Part shown: positions 19,319 through 30,154 of the stretch, one piece after another | Layout of the letters: every line of letters begins with the position of its first letter | Numbering within the stretch: position 1 is the stretch's first letter | From: Opitutales bacterium | GTDB lineage: Bacteria > Verrucomicrobiota > Verrucomicrobiia > Opitutales > UBA2987 | Reading direction: 5' to 3' | Assembly: GCA_965226885.1 (NCBI GenBank) | Contig: CBDDEL010000014.1 | Location: forward strand, 430,590 to 494,589 | DNA length: 64,000 nt | Program-made: the position numbers and the translations under genes | The notes under the pieces: model-generated | Seen by the model: only the letters and a program-made list of their open reading frames with translations | Databases searched by the model: none | What the model was told of the DNA's origin: nothing

Positions 19319-20293
19319 ATGGTTATTTTACTTACCACGACTTCTTTCCAGGACATTCCCGGGGAGCATCACAAAATGCTCCGCGAAACCGGTTATGAAA
19401 TCATTACCGCCCGGGGACCTCTCAACGAAGAGCAAACCCTCGAACTGGTCGGCGAAGTCGATGGCATCATTTGCGGAGATGACAAGATAACCCGGCGGGT
19501 TTTGGAAAAGGCCCTCCCCCGTTTGCGTGTTCTCAGCAAGTACGGCATCGGTTTGGACAAAATCGATCTCGATGCCGCCACAGAGCTTGGCATTCCCGTG
19601 CTCTTCACCCCCGGCGTCAACCACACCACGGTGGCGGAGCATTGTTTTGCCCTCCTTCTGGCGTTGGTTAAAAACCTCGTCGAAGAGGTGAATTTCACCC
19701 GCTCGGGCCAATGGAAACGACTCACCGGCCATGAGATCATGGGCAGGAAAATCGGGATTATCGGTCTTGGCCGCATCGGCAAGGAAATGGCCATCCGGGC
19801 CAAAGCTTTCGGCTTGGAAACACTGGCCTATGACATCTATTGGGACGGTGAATTTGCCGAGCGGCACGGAGTCGAGAGAGCTGAATCGATCAACGAAATA
19901 CTAAAAAATTCCGAAATCGTTTCCCTGCACACCAACCTTACTCCAGAGACCCGAAACATGCTCGATGCGGCAAGTATCGGCCGCATGAAAAAAGGCGTTC
20001 TGGTCATCAATTGCGCCCGCGGCGAACTGGTCGATACCGACGCCATGGTGGCCGCGCTCAAGAGCGGGCAAGTGGGCGGTTATGGCGCTGATGTGCTCGA
20101 CCTCGAGCCACCCCCGGCAGACCATCCACTGCTCAGCGCGCCAAATTGCCTGATAACGGCCCACATCGGTTCACGCACCTTTGAGAGCGTGGTTCGGCAG
20201 GCCACCAAGGCGACCAAAAACCTGATCCTGGCCTTGCGGGGAGAAAAGCCCCTGGCCCAATTCAACGATGTGCCCATTAAGCCGATCCAATAA
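19319..20293 (+). CDS. D-isomer-specific 2-hydroxyacid dehydrogenase (phosphoglycerate-dehydrogenase-like)
   Basis: GIIGLGRIGKEMA NAD fold, LINCARGELVD and ITAHIGSRT catalytic region. Internal ATG chosen as start. Confidence 0.8.
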   Translation: MVILLTTTSFQDIPGEHHKMLRETGYEIITARGPLNEEQTLELVGEVDGIICGDDKITRRVLEKALPRLRVLSKYGIGLDKIDLDAATELGIPVLFTPGVNHTTVAEHCFALLLALVKNLVEEVNFTRSGQWKRLTGHEIMGRKIGIIGLGRIGKEMAIRAKAFGLETLAYDIYWDGEFAERHGVERAESINEILKNSEIVSLHTNLTPETRNMLDAASIGRMKKGVLVINCARGELVDTDAMVAALKSGQVGGYGADVLDLEPPPADHPLLSAPNCLITAHIGSRTFESVVRQATKATKNLILALRGEKPLAQFNDVPIKPIQ

Positions 20294-20324
20294 TTTTTAT
20301 TAATATCCACAAACTTTTTTCGCC

Positions 20325-21422
20325 ATGAGCCTTGATATCAGACCCGCCGACTCCTGCCAATACGATTGCGTTTCCCTGGGAGAAATCATGCTTCGTCTCG
20401 ACCCTGGGGAGGGACGCATCCGCACGGCCCGCCAATTCACCGCCTGGGAGGGCGGCGGGGAGTATAATGTGACCAGGGGACTGCGCCGGTGTTTTGGCTT
20501 GAGGACGGCCGTGGTGGCCGCTTTTGCCGACAATGAAATCGGCCGCCTGATTGAGGACTTCATACTGCAAGGAGGCGTCGATACGCAATTTATTCAATGG
20601 CTACCCTACGACGGAATTGGCCGCACGGTGCGCAACGGGCTCAATTTCACGGAACGCGGTTTCGGCATTCGGGGGGCGGTGGGGGTTCCCGACCGCGGCC
20701 ATACCGCCTCAAGCCAGATGAAGCCGGGCGATGTCGATTGGGACCATATTTTTGGAACCTGCGGCGCACGGTGGCTGCATACCGGCGGCATCTTTGCCGC
20801 CCTCAGCGAGACAACGGCGGAAGTAATTCTGGAAGCCGTCCAGTCGGCCCAAAAATACGGAACCATCGTTTCCTACGATCTCAATTACCGGCCCTCACTG
20901 TGGAAATCCATTGGTGGCCAGGCCAAATGCCGGGAAGTCAATCGTGAGATCGCAAAATATGTCGATGTCATGATCGGAAACGAGGAAGATTTTACGGCCT
21001 GTCTCGGTTTCGAGGTGGAAGGGGTTGACGAGAATCTTCAGGAACTGCCCATTGAGGGTTTTAAAAAGATGATCGAGACTGCAGTGCGGGAGTTTCCCAA
21101 TTTCAAGGCCACGGCCACGACTTTGCGCGGTGTAAAAACGGCAACCATCAACGACTGGGGGGCTATCGCCTGGTTGCAGGGCGAATTTTACCAAAGCCGT
21201 TCCTATGCCGATCTCGAAATTATGGACCGGGTGGGCGGCGGAGACAGTTTTGCCAGCGGTTTTATCTATGGCTTGCTGACCATAAACGATCCGCAGGAGG
21301 CCGTCGAATATGGGGCGGCCCACGGAGCCCTGGCCATGACCACTCCGGGGGACACCTCCATGGTCACCGTCAATGAAGTGGAAAAAGTCAAGGCCGGCGC
21401 AGGAGCCCGCGTCGTGCGATAA
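20325..21422 (+). CDS. PfkB-family sugar kinase (2-keto-3-deoxygluconate-kinase-like)
   Basis: GGGEYNV near the N-terminus and DRVGGGDSFASGFIYG PfkB signature. Adjacent to eda. Confidence 0.75.
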   Translation: MSLDIRPADSCQYDCVSLGEIMLRLDPGEGRIRTARQFTAWEGGGEYNVTRGLRRCFGLRTAVVAAFADNEIGRLIEDFILQGGVDTQFIQWLPYDGIGRTVRNGLNFTERGFGIRGAVGVPDRGHTASSQMKPGDVDWDHIFGTCGARWLHTGGIFAALSETTAEVILEAVQSAQKYGTIVSYDLNYRPSLWKSIGGQAKCREVNREIAKYVDVMIGNEEDFTACLGFEVEGVDENLQELPIEGFKKMIETAVREFPNFKATATTLRGVKTATINDWGAIAWLQGEFYQSRSYADLEIMDRVGGGDSFASGFIYGLLTINDPQEAVEYGAAHGALAMTTPGDTSMVTVNEVEKVKAGAGARVVR

Positions 21423-21450
21423 AATTTATTTGACCTTTAATTGTATATTT

Positions 21451-22101
21451 ATGTTTTCGGATTCTTTAATTCGCCAAATCGAGTCTTCCGGTGTCGTCGC
21501 CGTCGTTGTGATCGACGATGTATTATCGGCCGTTCCGATGGCCAACGCTTTATTGGCCGGAGGCATATCGGCAATTGAGTTGACATTGCGAACACCCGTT
21601 GGGCTGGAAGCTCTAAAAGCCATTAAAGCCGAGCTTCCGGATGTGCTGGCCGGTGTCGGCACGATTTTGACTACAGAACAGGTGGAAAAAAGCCGGGCCG
21701 CGGGCGCTGCTTTCGCCGTAGCGCCCAACTGCGACCCGAGTATAATCGGCAAAGCCCAGGAGTTGGGCCTGCCCTTCGCGCCGGGTGTGATGACCCCGAG
21801 CGATATCGGCCAAGCCATTGCTTTGGAGTGCCGCATCCTGAAATATTTTCCGGCCGAAAGCGCCGGGGGCCTGACCCACCTGAAAAATATTTCCGCGCCC
21901 TACGCGCATTTGAAGCCGCGCTTCATTCCCACTGGTGGAATTAACCTGAACAATTTTACCGCTTATTTGAAAGTGCCCGATGTTCTGGCGGTCGGCGGTT
22001 CCTGGATCGCGCCGCAAAAATTGATTCGTGAAAAATCCTGGGAAGCCATCACCACTTTGGCCCGAGCGGCCACGAATCAGATCGCAAATTCAACTGAATG
22101 A
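21451..22101 (+). CDS. eda: KDPG / KHG aldolase
   Basis: [37 protein letters not shown] and PTGGI motifs. Confidence 0.8.
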   Translation: MFSDSLIRQIESSGVVAVVVIDDVLSAVPMANALLAGGISAIELTLRTPVGLEALKAIKAELPDVLAGVGTILTTEQVEKSRAAGAAFAVAPNCDPSIIGKAQELGLPFAPGVMTPSDIGQAIALECRILKYFPAESAGGLTHLKNISAPYAHLKPRFIPTGGINLNNFTAYLKVPDVLAVGGSWIAPQKLIREKSWEAITTLARAATNQIANSTE

Positions 22102-22111
22102 ACAAATCCAA

Positions 22112-22894
22112 ATGACTTCCTATATCGAAAAATTATTCGGACTGCCGGGAAAAGTGGCCGTCATTATCGGTGGCACGGGAGAACTTTGCAGCCACATGGC
22201 CAATGGCCTGGCGGGAGCAGGCGCGGAGGTGGTCCTTGTCGGACGCGATGCCGCCAAAGCGGAAACACGCCTGGAAAAGATCCATGAGATTGGCGGCCAA
22301 GGCTATTTTCTGCCGGTCGATGTCGGGTCGAAAGAAGCATTGGAGGGCTTGTTGAGCGCGGTCCTGGAACGCTCCGGAAAGGTGGACATTTTGATCAATG
22401 GGGCGGGCATTAATTCAACCACCCCATTTGTGGAAATTTCCGATGACGAACTGGAAAAGCTTGTCCAAATTAATTTCAAGGCCGTTTTCAGGGCTTGCCA
22501 GATCTTTGGCCGTTACCTAGTTGAGAGAGGAGAGGGTGGGAGCATTATCAATGTAGGTTCCATGGCTGCGTTAATGCCCTTATCACGCGTCTTTACCTAT
22601 AGCGCGACCAAAGCGGCAGTGCACAATTTATCAAAAAACCTGGCCCGCGAATGGGCTCCTCACAATGTGAGGGTCAATACCTTGGTGCCCGGTTTTTTCC
22701 CCGCCGAACAGAACCGCAAAGTTCTAACCCCGGACCGAGTGGCCAGCATTAAGGGCCATACGCCCATGAACCGCTTCGGAGATGCCGACGAATTGATTGG
22801 CGCCACCCTCCTTCTGGCCTGCGACCGGGCGGGAAGTTTTATCACGGGGCACGAATTGGTGGTCGATGGCGGTTATTCCTCAATGACCATTTGA
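22112..22894 (+). CDS. SDR-family oxidoreductase (gluconate-5-dehydrogenase / KduD-like)
   Basis: [14 protein letters not shown] glycine-rich motif and [13 protein letters not shown] catalytic YxxxK. Confidence 0.8.
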   Translation: MTSYIEKLFGLPGKVAVIIGGTGELCSHMANGLAGAGAEVVLVGRDAAKAETRLEKIHEIGGQGYFLPVDVGSKEALEGLLSAVLERSGKVDILINGAGINSTTPFVEISDDELEKLVQINFKAVFRACQIFGRYLVERGEGGSIINVGSMAALMPLSRVFTYSATKAAVHNLSKNLAREWAPHNVRVNTLVPGFFPAEQNRKVLTPDRVASIKGHTPMNRFGDADELIGATLLLACDRAGSFITGHELVVDGGYSSMTI

Positions 22895-22942
22895 TGCTTA
22901 CGGGCGTCCATTTTCACCGATTGACCGAAGGTTTTCTTGCTC

Positions 22943-24524
22943 ATGCATGACGCCGTCATCATCGGGGCGGGCCATAATGGCCTGGTGGCGGCCGCTTACC
23001 TGGCCAAAGCGGGTTTGCGGGTATTGGTGCTGGAGCGCCGGGATATGGTGGGAGGAAGCGCCATCACGGAGGAGATCGTTCCAGGGTTCAAGTTTTCCCG
23101 CCTTTCCTACGTCAACTCCCTCTTTCGGCCACAGATAATTAAAGACCTCCGCTTGAAAGAGTTCGGGCTGAAAATGCTGCCCCGCAACCCCTCCTCTTCC
23201 ACCCCGTTTCCCGACGGTCAGTTTCTTTTTATGGGACCGGAAATGGACGCCAACGTGCGGGAGATAAAGAAATTCAGCGCCCGCGATGCGGAAAATTTCC
23301 CGCGCTACGAAGCCATGCTGGAGCGGCTGGTCGAGGTTATCGAGCCAACCCTCGACCAAATACCGGTTGACCCATTGTCCCTCCATCCCCGCAACCTGGC
23401 CGATATGATCCGTCTCGGTTGGCGCGCTCGCGGCCTGGGCAAAGACCTCTACCAGGCTCCTTTCGATGCTCTCCGGCCCGGCCACCACTCTTTTGGACGA
23501 ATGGTTCGAGAGCGAACACCTCAAGGCGACCCTCGCCACCGATGCCGTTATTGGGGCCATGGCCAGCCCCTCCAGTCCGGGGACGGCCTACGTTTTGTTT
23601 CATCATGTCATGGGGGAAACCGACGGGGCGCGTGGAGTGTGGGCCTATGTCCGCGGCGGAATGGGCGCACTGAGCGAATCCCTGGCGACTTCCGCCCGTG
23701 CTTCCGGAGTGGAAATACGCACCGCATGTCCGGTTGCCGAAGTTTTACTCGAAAACGGAAAAGCGGTTGGTGTTTTAACAGGGGACGGTGAGGAAATCCG
23801 CGCCGGGGTTGTTCTGTCCAATGCCGACCCCAATATCAGCTTCCTCAAACTTCTCAATGGCGATTCCCTTCCTCCTGAATCTGTGCAGCAAATCGAGGCC
23901 ATCGATTTTTCCAGCGCGACCTTCAAATTAAACCTCGCCCTCAGCGAGTTGCCCAACTTCAAGGTTCTGCCAGGCAGCCAGCCCGGTCCCCAGCACCGGG
24001 GGACCATCCACATTAGCCCCACCGTGGACTGGATCGAGTCCGCCTACGACGACGCCCGGCAAGGTATCCCTTCCCGCAACCCGGTTCTGGAGTGCACCAT
24101 TCCCTCCGTTCTGGACGACAGCCTGGCGCCCGAATCGCAACACGTTATGAGCATGTTCGTGCAATACGCGCCCTACAAGCTGAAGGAAGGAACCTGGGAC
24201 GAGAAAAAGGAGGCTTTCGCCGACCGCTGCATCGACCTGATGGATGAATATGCTCCTGGATTCCGTGCCTCCGTAATCGCCCGGGACGCCATTTCGCCGC
24301 TCGATATGGAACGCGAATTTTCTCTCACCGGGGGCAACATTTTCCACGGCGCCATGACACCGAGTCAGCTTTATTTCCAGCGTCCCGTGGGCGGCTGGGC
24401 GCACTACCGGACACCCATTGAGGGCTATTACCTGTGCGGCGCAGGAGCGCATCCCGGAGGCGGAGTCATGGGCGCTTGCGGCCGCAACGCCGCCACCGCC
24501 GTCCTCAAGGACCGAGCCTGGTAA
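22943..24524 (+). pseudogene. FAD-dependent oxidoreductase of the phytoene-desaturase (CrtI-like) family, apparent frameshift near 23450-23470
   Basis: The N-terminal DAVIIGAGHNGLVAAAYLAKAG continues in another frame as RLLSMLSGPATTLLDEWFESEHLKATLATDA.... The two ORFs (22937-23791, 23466-24524) together make one family-length protein. Confidence 0.7.
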
Positions 24525-24540
24525 ATCCCCCACCCTGCCG

Positions 24541-25539
24541 TCATGTGCTGTTTTCTCGCCAGGATTTGCTGAAATGTTCGTAGCCTCCGGCCAGCCCGAT
24601 TGCCTGGCCGGTTTGCCCATCAATGATTTCACCTTCCGGTCCTTCAACCGCTTTCGCCATCAGCCTGCCGATTTTGGAAAGTGGCGTCTTAAACTGCTTT
24701 ACCCACTCGCCGATGAAATGATCGAGGCTGGTTTCCGACCCGACAGTAAAGAGCAATTCATAGTCCTCGCCGTCACCGAGGGCATGGTGTTGGGGCGTTT
24801 TCCCGCTGGTCAGGGCCATTTGATGTGCGGCTTCGCTGATGGGCAGGTTTTTCAAGTCGATCCCGGCCGCGCATCCCGGCGGTATCAACTCGGGTAGGTC
24901 TTTCAGCAAGCCGTCGGTCACATCGATCATGCTGCTGACTTCCTTTCTGCCGGCCAGCCATTGGCCTTCCCTGAGGCGGGGTTGAAAGGAGAGGTGTTTC
25001 CCAAGCCGGGAGCCACCAAGCTCGCCCGTTACGAGAATGAAATCGCCCTCTTTTCCTCCCTGGCGCAAAACAGCCCGTTCCGCACTGCCCAACAAAGTAA
25101 GGTGGCCTCCCAGGGTTGTTTTTGTTTCGCACAAATCGCCCCCCACCAGGGCGACATGCCATTTTACCGCCTCATCACGCAAACCGAAGGTGAATTCCCG
25201 CAGCCAATCGAGGCGCAGCGAGGCCGGTAACATTAATCCAAGGAGGGCGTAATCCGGCTGGCCACCCATGGCCGCGATATCGCTCAGGTTGCGTTTGAGC
25301 AGTTTGGCCCCGGCTTCTCCGGGGTGGGCCGAATCGTCGAAATGTTTCTTGTAAACGAGGGCATCGACGGTTGCCAGTTGGCAGCCGCCCTTGGATGCCG
25401 GGAGCACCGCGCAATCGTCGCCCATTCCGAGGGGCTGAGGCGGCGCTATTGGGCCCAGCCATTGCCTGATTTTTCGGAGTAATTTTTTCTCCCCCGCATG
25501 GCCGACCGAGTCAGCCAATATGTCAGTAAAAGGATGCAT
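24541..25539 (-). CDS. thiL: Thiamine-monophosphate kinase
   Basis: GMGDDCAVL, AIR-synthase-like fold motifs, GGDL.ET and GDGEDYELLFT. Confidence 0.8.
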   Translation of the reverse strand: MHPFTDILADSVGHAGEKKLLRKIRQWLGPIAPPQPLGMGDDCAVLPASKGGCQLATVDALVYKKHFDDSAHPGEAGAKLLKRNLSDIAAMGGQPDYALLGLMLPASLRLDWLREFTFGLRDEAVKWHVALVGGDLCETKTTLGGHLTLLGSAERAVLRQGGKEGDFILVTGELGGSRLGKHLSFQPRLREGQWLAGRKEVSSMIDVTDGLLKDLPELIPPGCAAGIDLKNLPISEAAHQMALTSGKTPQHHALGDGEDYELLFTVGSETSLDHFIGEWVKQFKTPLSKIGRLMAKAVEGPEGEIIDGQTGQAIGLAGGYEHFSKSWRENST

Positions 25540-25547
25540 CAGCGATT

Positions 25548-26474
25548 TCAGAAAAACAGAAGCGCCGTTGTTAAAACAGCGCTGTAATCGGTTTCCGGCG
25601 ATTCGCCGTAAAAAGATATCAAGACCAGTGAATTGGTGTTGAAAATAGCATGTAAAAAAATGGGGGCTTTCAGGTTGCCCGTCATTTCGTAGGCGATGCA
25701 GAGAAAAATACCCAAAACGATGAGGGAGGGAAAACTCACCAGGTTAAAATGGATGGAGGCAAAGAGGAATGCGCTGGCCAGGATGGCCGGGGCCGGGTTC
25801 ATCCGGCTCTTAAGAAACCGGTAGATGACGCCTCGAAAAATAACCTCCTCCACAATGGGAGCGGTTACGGTGGCCATGAGGATCAATGCCAGCCGGGCTA
25901 AATAGGAAATATTCTGGCTTAGATGGTAAACCAGTTCCTGCGGTTCCTGGGGAAGTTCCAGACCTAATTTAACAAGCTGGGCGAGAAGTCCCTGCCAGCC
26001 CAGTCCGACCAAAAAAATAACGGGAAAGGCGGACAGGAATAGAAGGAACCCAATGAGAAGAGCTTTTACCGCGGGCAGGCTGACAGCATTAATTTTTTGC
26101 CGAAAAAGTTCCGATTGGTATTTTAAATAATAGAGGAAAACCAGCATCATCCCCCCTTGCATGGAAATTCCGCCCAGCACAATTTCCCAAACTTCACCAT
26201 CGGTTGTATTCCCCTCCCGCCCTCCGCCTGAACTTATGGCGTCAAGGATTAAGCCTGTTAATAATACACTGATGAACATCAGCCAAAGAAACATTCCAAA
26301 ATTGAGCCAATTGATGGTCCAGGGATCGACTTTGCCATGGCGGGTTTCCCTTGTTTTGGAAAAAAAGCGGACAATCACAAAAATGAGACAGGCCAGACCC
26401 ACCCAAAGTAGGAAATTCACATAGGGGAAAATCCAGGTTTCACCTGCCGGAAACACCAACTCTTGTTCTTCCAT
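25548..26474 (-). CDS. CPBP-family intramembrane glutamic endopeptidase (CAAX protease-like)
   Basis: Polytopic membrane protein with EEVIFRG, FASIHF and HAIFN motifs. Confidence 0.75.
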   Translation of the reverse strand: MEEQELVFPAGETWIFPYVNFLLWVGLACLIFVIVRFFSKTRETRHGKVDPWTINWLNFGMFLWLMFISVLLTGLILDAISSGGGREGNTTDGEVWEIVLGGISMQGGMMLVFLYYLKYQSELFRQKINAVSLPAVKALLIGFLLFLSAFPVIFLVGLGWQGLLAQLVKLGLELPQEPQELVYHLSQNISYLARLALILMATVTAPIVEEVIFRGVIYRFLKSRMNPAPAILASAFLFASIHFNLVSFPSLIVLGIFLCIAYEMTGNLKAPIFLHAIFNTNSLVLISFYGESPETDYSAVLTTALLFF

Positions 26475-26823
26475 TACGGCTTCTATAGATTGTGCTCTAT
26501 TTTAATTTACCCAATTCCCGGCCAAGGACAGCGGGTTACATTTTCTTCCTCTGGTTGAGTTGAAAGAGCATAATCGCCACCTGCACAAGGACATTCCCCT
26601 GAAACCACCGTCCCCGTTTGAGGGTTTTACATAAAAAAAATAAATTTTTAGTGCCGGGAATAATCCCAATCAGCATGCATTCATACAGTGGTTACAAATC
26701 ATCCCTATGGCAATCCGGGAGAGAATTCATTGCGCACTGGGGTATTTGCTGCTATTTATTTATTAAAAATCGTAATTTGGTTAGGTGAATCCAGGGATCA
26801 CTGGATGGATGAGTTGAATTGAA

Positions 26824-27513
26824 ATGGACGAAAGCTTGCGGCGGTTTATTATTACTTACTCTGGGGTATTATTGCTTCTCTGCATTCTCTTGGTGGTATT
26901 AAGTGTCTGGCCTTTCCCCGAGCCCGACCTTCCCAAAAACCGTCCAGACAGGGTAATCCAACCTCAAAAACAATCTGAAATCCCGGATACTACTCAGCCC
27001 GGTGACGGTTTGGGCGGAAAACCGATTGATAGTGATATAGATAATGAACAACGAATTTCGGCCCTTGAAAAACGGGAGGCGCGGGATCGTTTCGTGGGAG
27101 CCGACGTTTTGGCGGAAAAAACCACACCGCTCGAAAATGGCAAGGAATCGAGGGTGCGATTGCTGCAAATTGACGATTTCGCCTTTCCAATTTTGGTTGA
27201 AGAAAAAATCCGCACCGATGCCGATGGCCGGGTATGGTTAAATAGCCAAAAAGCCATGGTGGCGAATCGCCTCCTCATTATGCCAAGCAATGAAGACACC
27301 GCCGGGGAATTAAAGGCCTTTGCCGAAAAGGAAGGTTATACGCTGGAGGCCAACGGCCCCCATTCATCGGTTTTGAAAATGAGCAGCCCGGAAGTTAGCC
27401 TAGATGCCATTTCCACCATGATGAAAAAGCTGGCGCCCCTGGAAGAACGCGGCTTGCTGGTGGCCGAGCCCGACTACCTGTATTTTCCCGATAAAGTCCC
27501 CACCGACCCGTTT
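26824..27513 (+). pseudogene. Secreted protein N-terminal region (possibly the pro-region of an S8 subtilase), 3-prime truncated by IS21
   Basis: Signal-anchor N-terminus. The last native residues, LVAEPDYLYFPDKVPTDPF, resemble the propeptide/catalytic-domain junction of subtilases. The ORF then reads into the IS21 terminal repeat at 27514. Confidence 0.4.
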
Positions 27514-27686
27514 TGTAAACGCCGGGATGAAACCGGTACGGGGGTCGGGGTAAAACCGGTACGCTTGGAATAAGGTTTAGGTTAGTAATTGCAGGTACGT
27601 CAAGGTTTAGGGTTTGGGAGTTGGTTTTGGGGATTGGCTTGGGGTCGGTGAGGAGGCCGGAGGCCGACGAGCCGGGCCCAAGGCGT

Positions 27687-28448
27687 TTATTGTTTTGTGC
27701 CACGGCGTCGAGCATCGCGCAAGCGGTAGCTTTGCCCGTTGGCTTCGAGGATATGCACCCGATGGGTGAGTCGGTCCAGCAGAGCTCCGGTGAGCCGTTC
27801 GGAACCGAGCACTTCGATCCAGTTCTCAAAGGGCAGGTTGGTGGTGACGATGAGACTGGTGCGCTCGTAAGCGCGGCTGACCACGTCGAAGAGCAGTTCG
27901 GAACCGGTCTTGGAAAAAGGGACGTAACCGAGTTCGTCGAGGATGAGTAGGTCGAGCCTTTCGAGTTGCTTCATGAAGCGCTGCAGGTCGTGGTTGTCGC
28001 GTTGCTCGAGCATATGGGTAACCAGGGCGGTGACCCCGAAGAAACGGATCCGCCGGCCCTGGGCACAGGCGGCAAAGCCCAGGGCGGTGGCCAGGTGCGT
28101 TTTACCGGTACCGGCGTTACCGAGGAGCAGCACGTTTTCGCGCTGGTCGACATACTCCCCGCGCATGAGCTCTCGGATGAGCGCTTCGTTGATCGAGGGC
28201 TGCGCTTCAAAGGCGAAGCTCTCGAGGGTCTTGAGCACGGGGAAACGGGCGTTTTTGATCCGCCGCTGGGCGGCCCGCTGTTCGCGTTCAATGAGCTCCC
28301 GTTCGACCAGATGCAACAAAAAGGCGGCGTAATCGAGCCGGTCCCGGGAACAAGCCGCGGCCACCGCCGGCCATTCGCGCAGGATGGTGGGCAACTTCAG
28401 TTTCTTGAGGTGATGGTGTAACAGCAGCTGGTTTTTTTCTTCCTTCAT
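27687..28448 (-). CDS. istB: IstB ATP-binding transposition helper (253 aa)
   Basis: Walker A GNAGTGKTHLA, Walker B LLILDELGY. Confidence 0.9.
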   Translation of the reverse strand: MKEEKNQLLLHHHLKKLKLPTILREWPAVAAACSRDRLDYAAFLLHLVERELIEREQRAAQRRIKNARFPVLKTLESFAFEAQPSINEALIRELMRGEYVDQRENVLLLGNAGTGKTHLATALGFAACAQGRRIRFFGVTALVTHMLEQRDNHDLQRFMKQLERLDLLILDELGYVPFSKTGSELLFDVVSRAYERTSLIVTTNLPFENWIEVLGSERLTGALLDRLTHRVHILEANGQSYRLRDARRRGTKQ

Positions 28449-29854
28449 AAAGCCCCTCCTGGAATCTTGAGCAGTTCGCTGTAGGCACCGAGGTCAGGGG
28501 CGGCCACACGGACGTGACGCAGGTGTGGATGGCCGTCCAGCCGGAAGGTTCTGCTCCCGTAGTCTTCCTGAGGATAGAGATACTGGGCGATGGCCTCACG
28601 AGTCAGTCCCCCCACCCGCAGGGCCGAGACGACGGCCTGCTGCAAGGCCGCCATGGGGTGTTTCTCCAACAGCCGCAGCACCCGGATATACTCCCGGGTG
28701 CCTTCGCCCCCGCATTGGCTTTCGAGCCGGCGTCTGAGGACCTGCAGGCACTGCGGCAACTGCCAGCCCGAGAGTGGGCGGGCGAAGTCCAAAGCGGCCG
28801 GTTTTTTCTCCAGCAAAGCCAGGTAGTGCACCGGCTCGAAAGAGACTTGCTCTTTATCCCAAATGCGGCGGTGCCGGGCCACCTCTTGGCCCCCACAGAA
28901 GATCACCACCTGCCGACAGGACCCTTCCACCACCACCGGATGGTGGGCGCAGCGCACCGGCACCGAATAGTCGTTGCACTCGAAGCGCACCAGCGAGAGG
29001 CTGCGGCTCGCTTCAAAGGGTATGGGCGGCAACGCCAGCATGACGGCGCGCTCCTCGGCCAGCAGTTCCTTTTTCACCGCCCTTTTCCCGCGTAATTTAC
29101 GCTCCATGTCCCGCTCACATGCCTCCAACAGCTTTGCGTTGAGTTCCTCCAGGTCCCGAACCTGCGGTACCGGTACCAGGAAGTTGGCCCGGGCATAACG
29201 CACGATCCCCTCGACCACGCCCTTCTCGTTGGGCCGGGCGGGCAGACAGAAGTGTTCCTCGAACAGGTAATGGCTCTGTAGCTGCAGAAACCCGTCGGTC
29301 AGCTTGCGTTCACGCGAACCGATAATCTTACCCACCGCCACCTTCGAGTTGTCATAGCTGATGCGCCGGGGCACCGCCCCGAAAAACTCAAAAGCTCGCA
29401 GGTGCCCCTCCCAGAAGCTCTCCGTGCACTCCCGTTCGAACACCTGCACGAAAAAGGCATCGCTGTAGGGCAGGCTCATGGCAAAAAATGGCCGCCTACG
29501 CAATTGCCCCGCCTCCTTCACCAGGGCATGACCGAAGTCCACCTGTCCCTCCCCGGGGCGGTGCTCCAGCGGCACGAACACTTCCCGCCGCCTCGCTCGC
29601 AGCTCGGCCACCACCTCCTTGACCGCCGTGTAGCCCCCTTGGTAGCCCTTCTCCCGACCCAAACGCTGGTAGATCCGTTTGGCCGTATGGCGCTGCTTCT
29701 TGGGCACGTTCCGGTCCGCTTTGAGCACCTCCTCGATCCAGCCCACATACGGATCGATCTTGCGCTCTCGCCTCTTCTTGCGCCGGTCTCCCGGCGGCTG
29801 GGAATAGGCCAGCATCTTTCCCAGGGTCTCCCAGTGCAGTCCCTCTTCTCGCAT
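28445..29854 (-). CDS. istA: IS21-family transposase IstA (469 aa)
   Basis: N-terminal HTH and an integrase-core DDE region (QVDFGHA..., YDNSK...). Overlaps the istB start. Confidence 0.85.
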   Translation of the reverse strand: MREEGLHWETLGKMLAYSQPPGDRRKKRRERKIDPYVGWIEEVLKADRNVPKKQRHTAKRIYQRLGREKGYQGGYTAVKEVVAELRARRREVFVPLEHRPGEGQVDFGHALVKEAGQLRRRPFFAMSLPYSDAFFVQVFERECTESFWEGHLRAFEFFGAVPRRISYDNSKVAVGKIIGSRERKLTDGFLQLQSHYLFEEHFCLPARPNEKGVVEGIVRYARANFLVPVPQVRDLEELNAKLLEACERDMERKLRGKRAVKKELLAEERAVMLALPPIPFEASRSLSLVRFECNDYSVPVRCAHHPVVVEGSCRQVVIFCGGQEVARHRRIWDKEQVSFEPVHYLALLEKKPAALDFARPLSGWQLPQCLQVLRRRLESQCGGEGTREYIRVLRLLEKHPMAALQQAVVSALRVGGLTREAIAQYLYPQEDYGSRTFRLDGHPHLRHVRVAAPDLGAYSELLKIPGGAL

Positions 29855-30003
29855 TACAGAGCGCTTGCTCTACTTGTCCCGCAGCACTTTGTGCCGCACT
29901 CTTGTCCATTGCTTCATATCTCGATACACTCCTCCTTTCTAGGATAAGCGTACCGGTTTTAAAGCGCCCTCTTTACCGTACCGGTTTTTCCCCGGCGTTT
30001 ACA

Positions 30004-30154
30004 CGGTGCCTCGATTACGATAACTTCCGCGCCACCATTGATCGAATCGATCGGCTGCTGATCGACTCGGAAGTGGAATCGCAGGCCATTGAGCTGGCCT
30101 TGGAGGGGTGGCCGCCAATGGGTCTAAAGGCCCGGCGGCAGCGGGCCAGTTTTG
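30004..30154 (+). mobile_element. 151-bp internal fragment of IS-B (codons for CLDYDNFRATIDRIDRLLIDSEVESQAIELALEGWPPMGLKARRQRASF)
   Basis: Matches the reverse complement of IS-B around 58760-58910. Bounded by the IS21 end on the left and by the chemoreceptor sequence on the right. Confidence 0.85.

Larger units (their letters stand above)
27514..30003 (-). mobile_element. IS21-family element, copy 2 (complete, 2490 bp)
   Basis: 13-bp IR tgtaaacgccggg / cccggcgtttaca, multiple gtaccggttt sub-terminal repeats and istA-istB with a 4-nt overlap. Flanks differ (gacccgtttt vs cggtgcctcg), so there is no target duplication. Confidence 0.9.
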
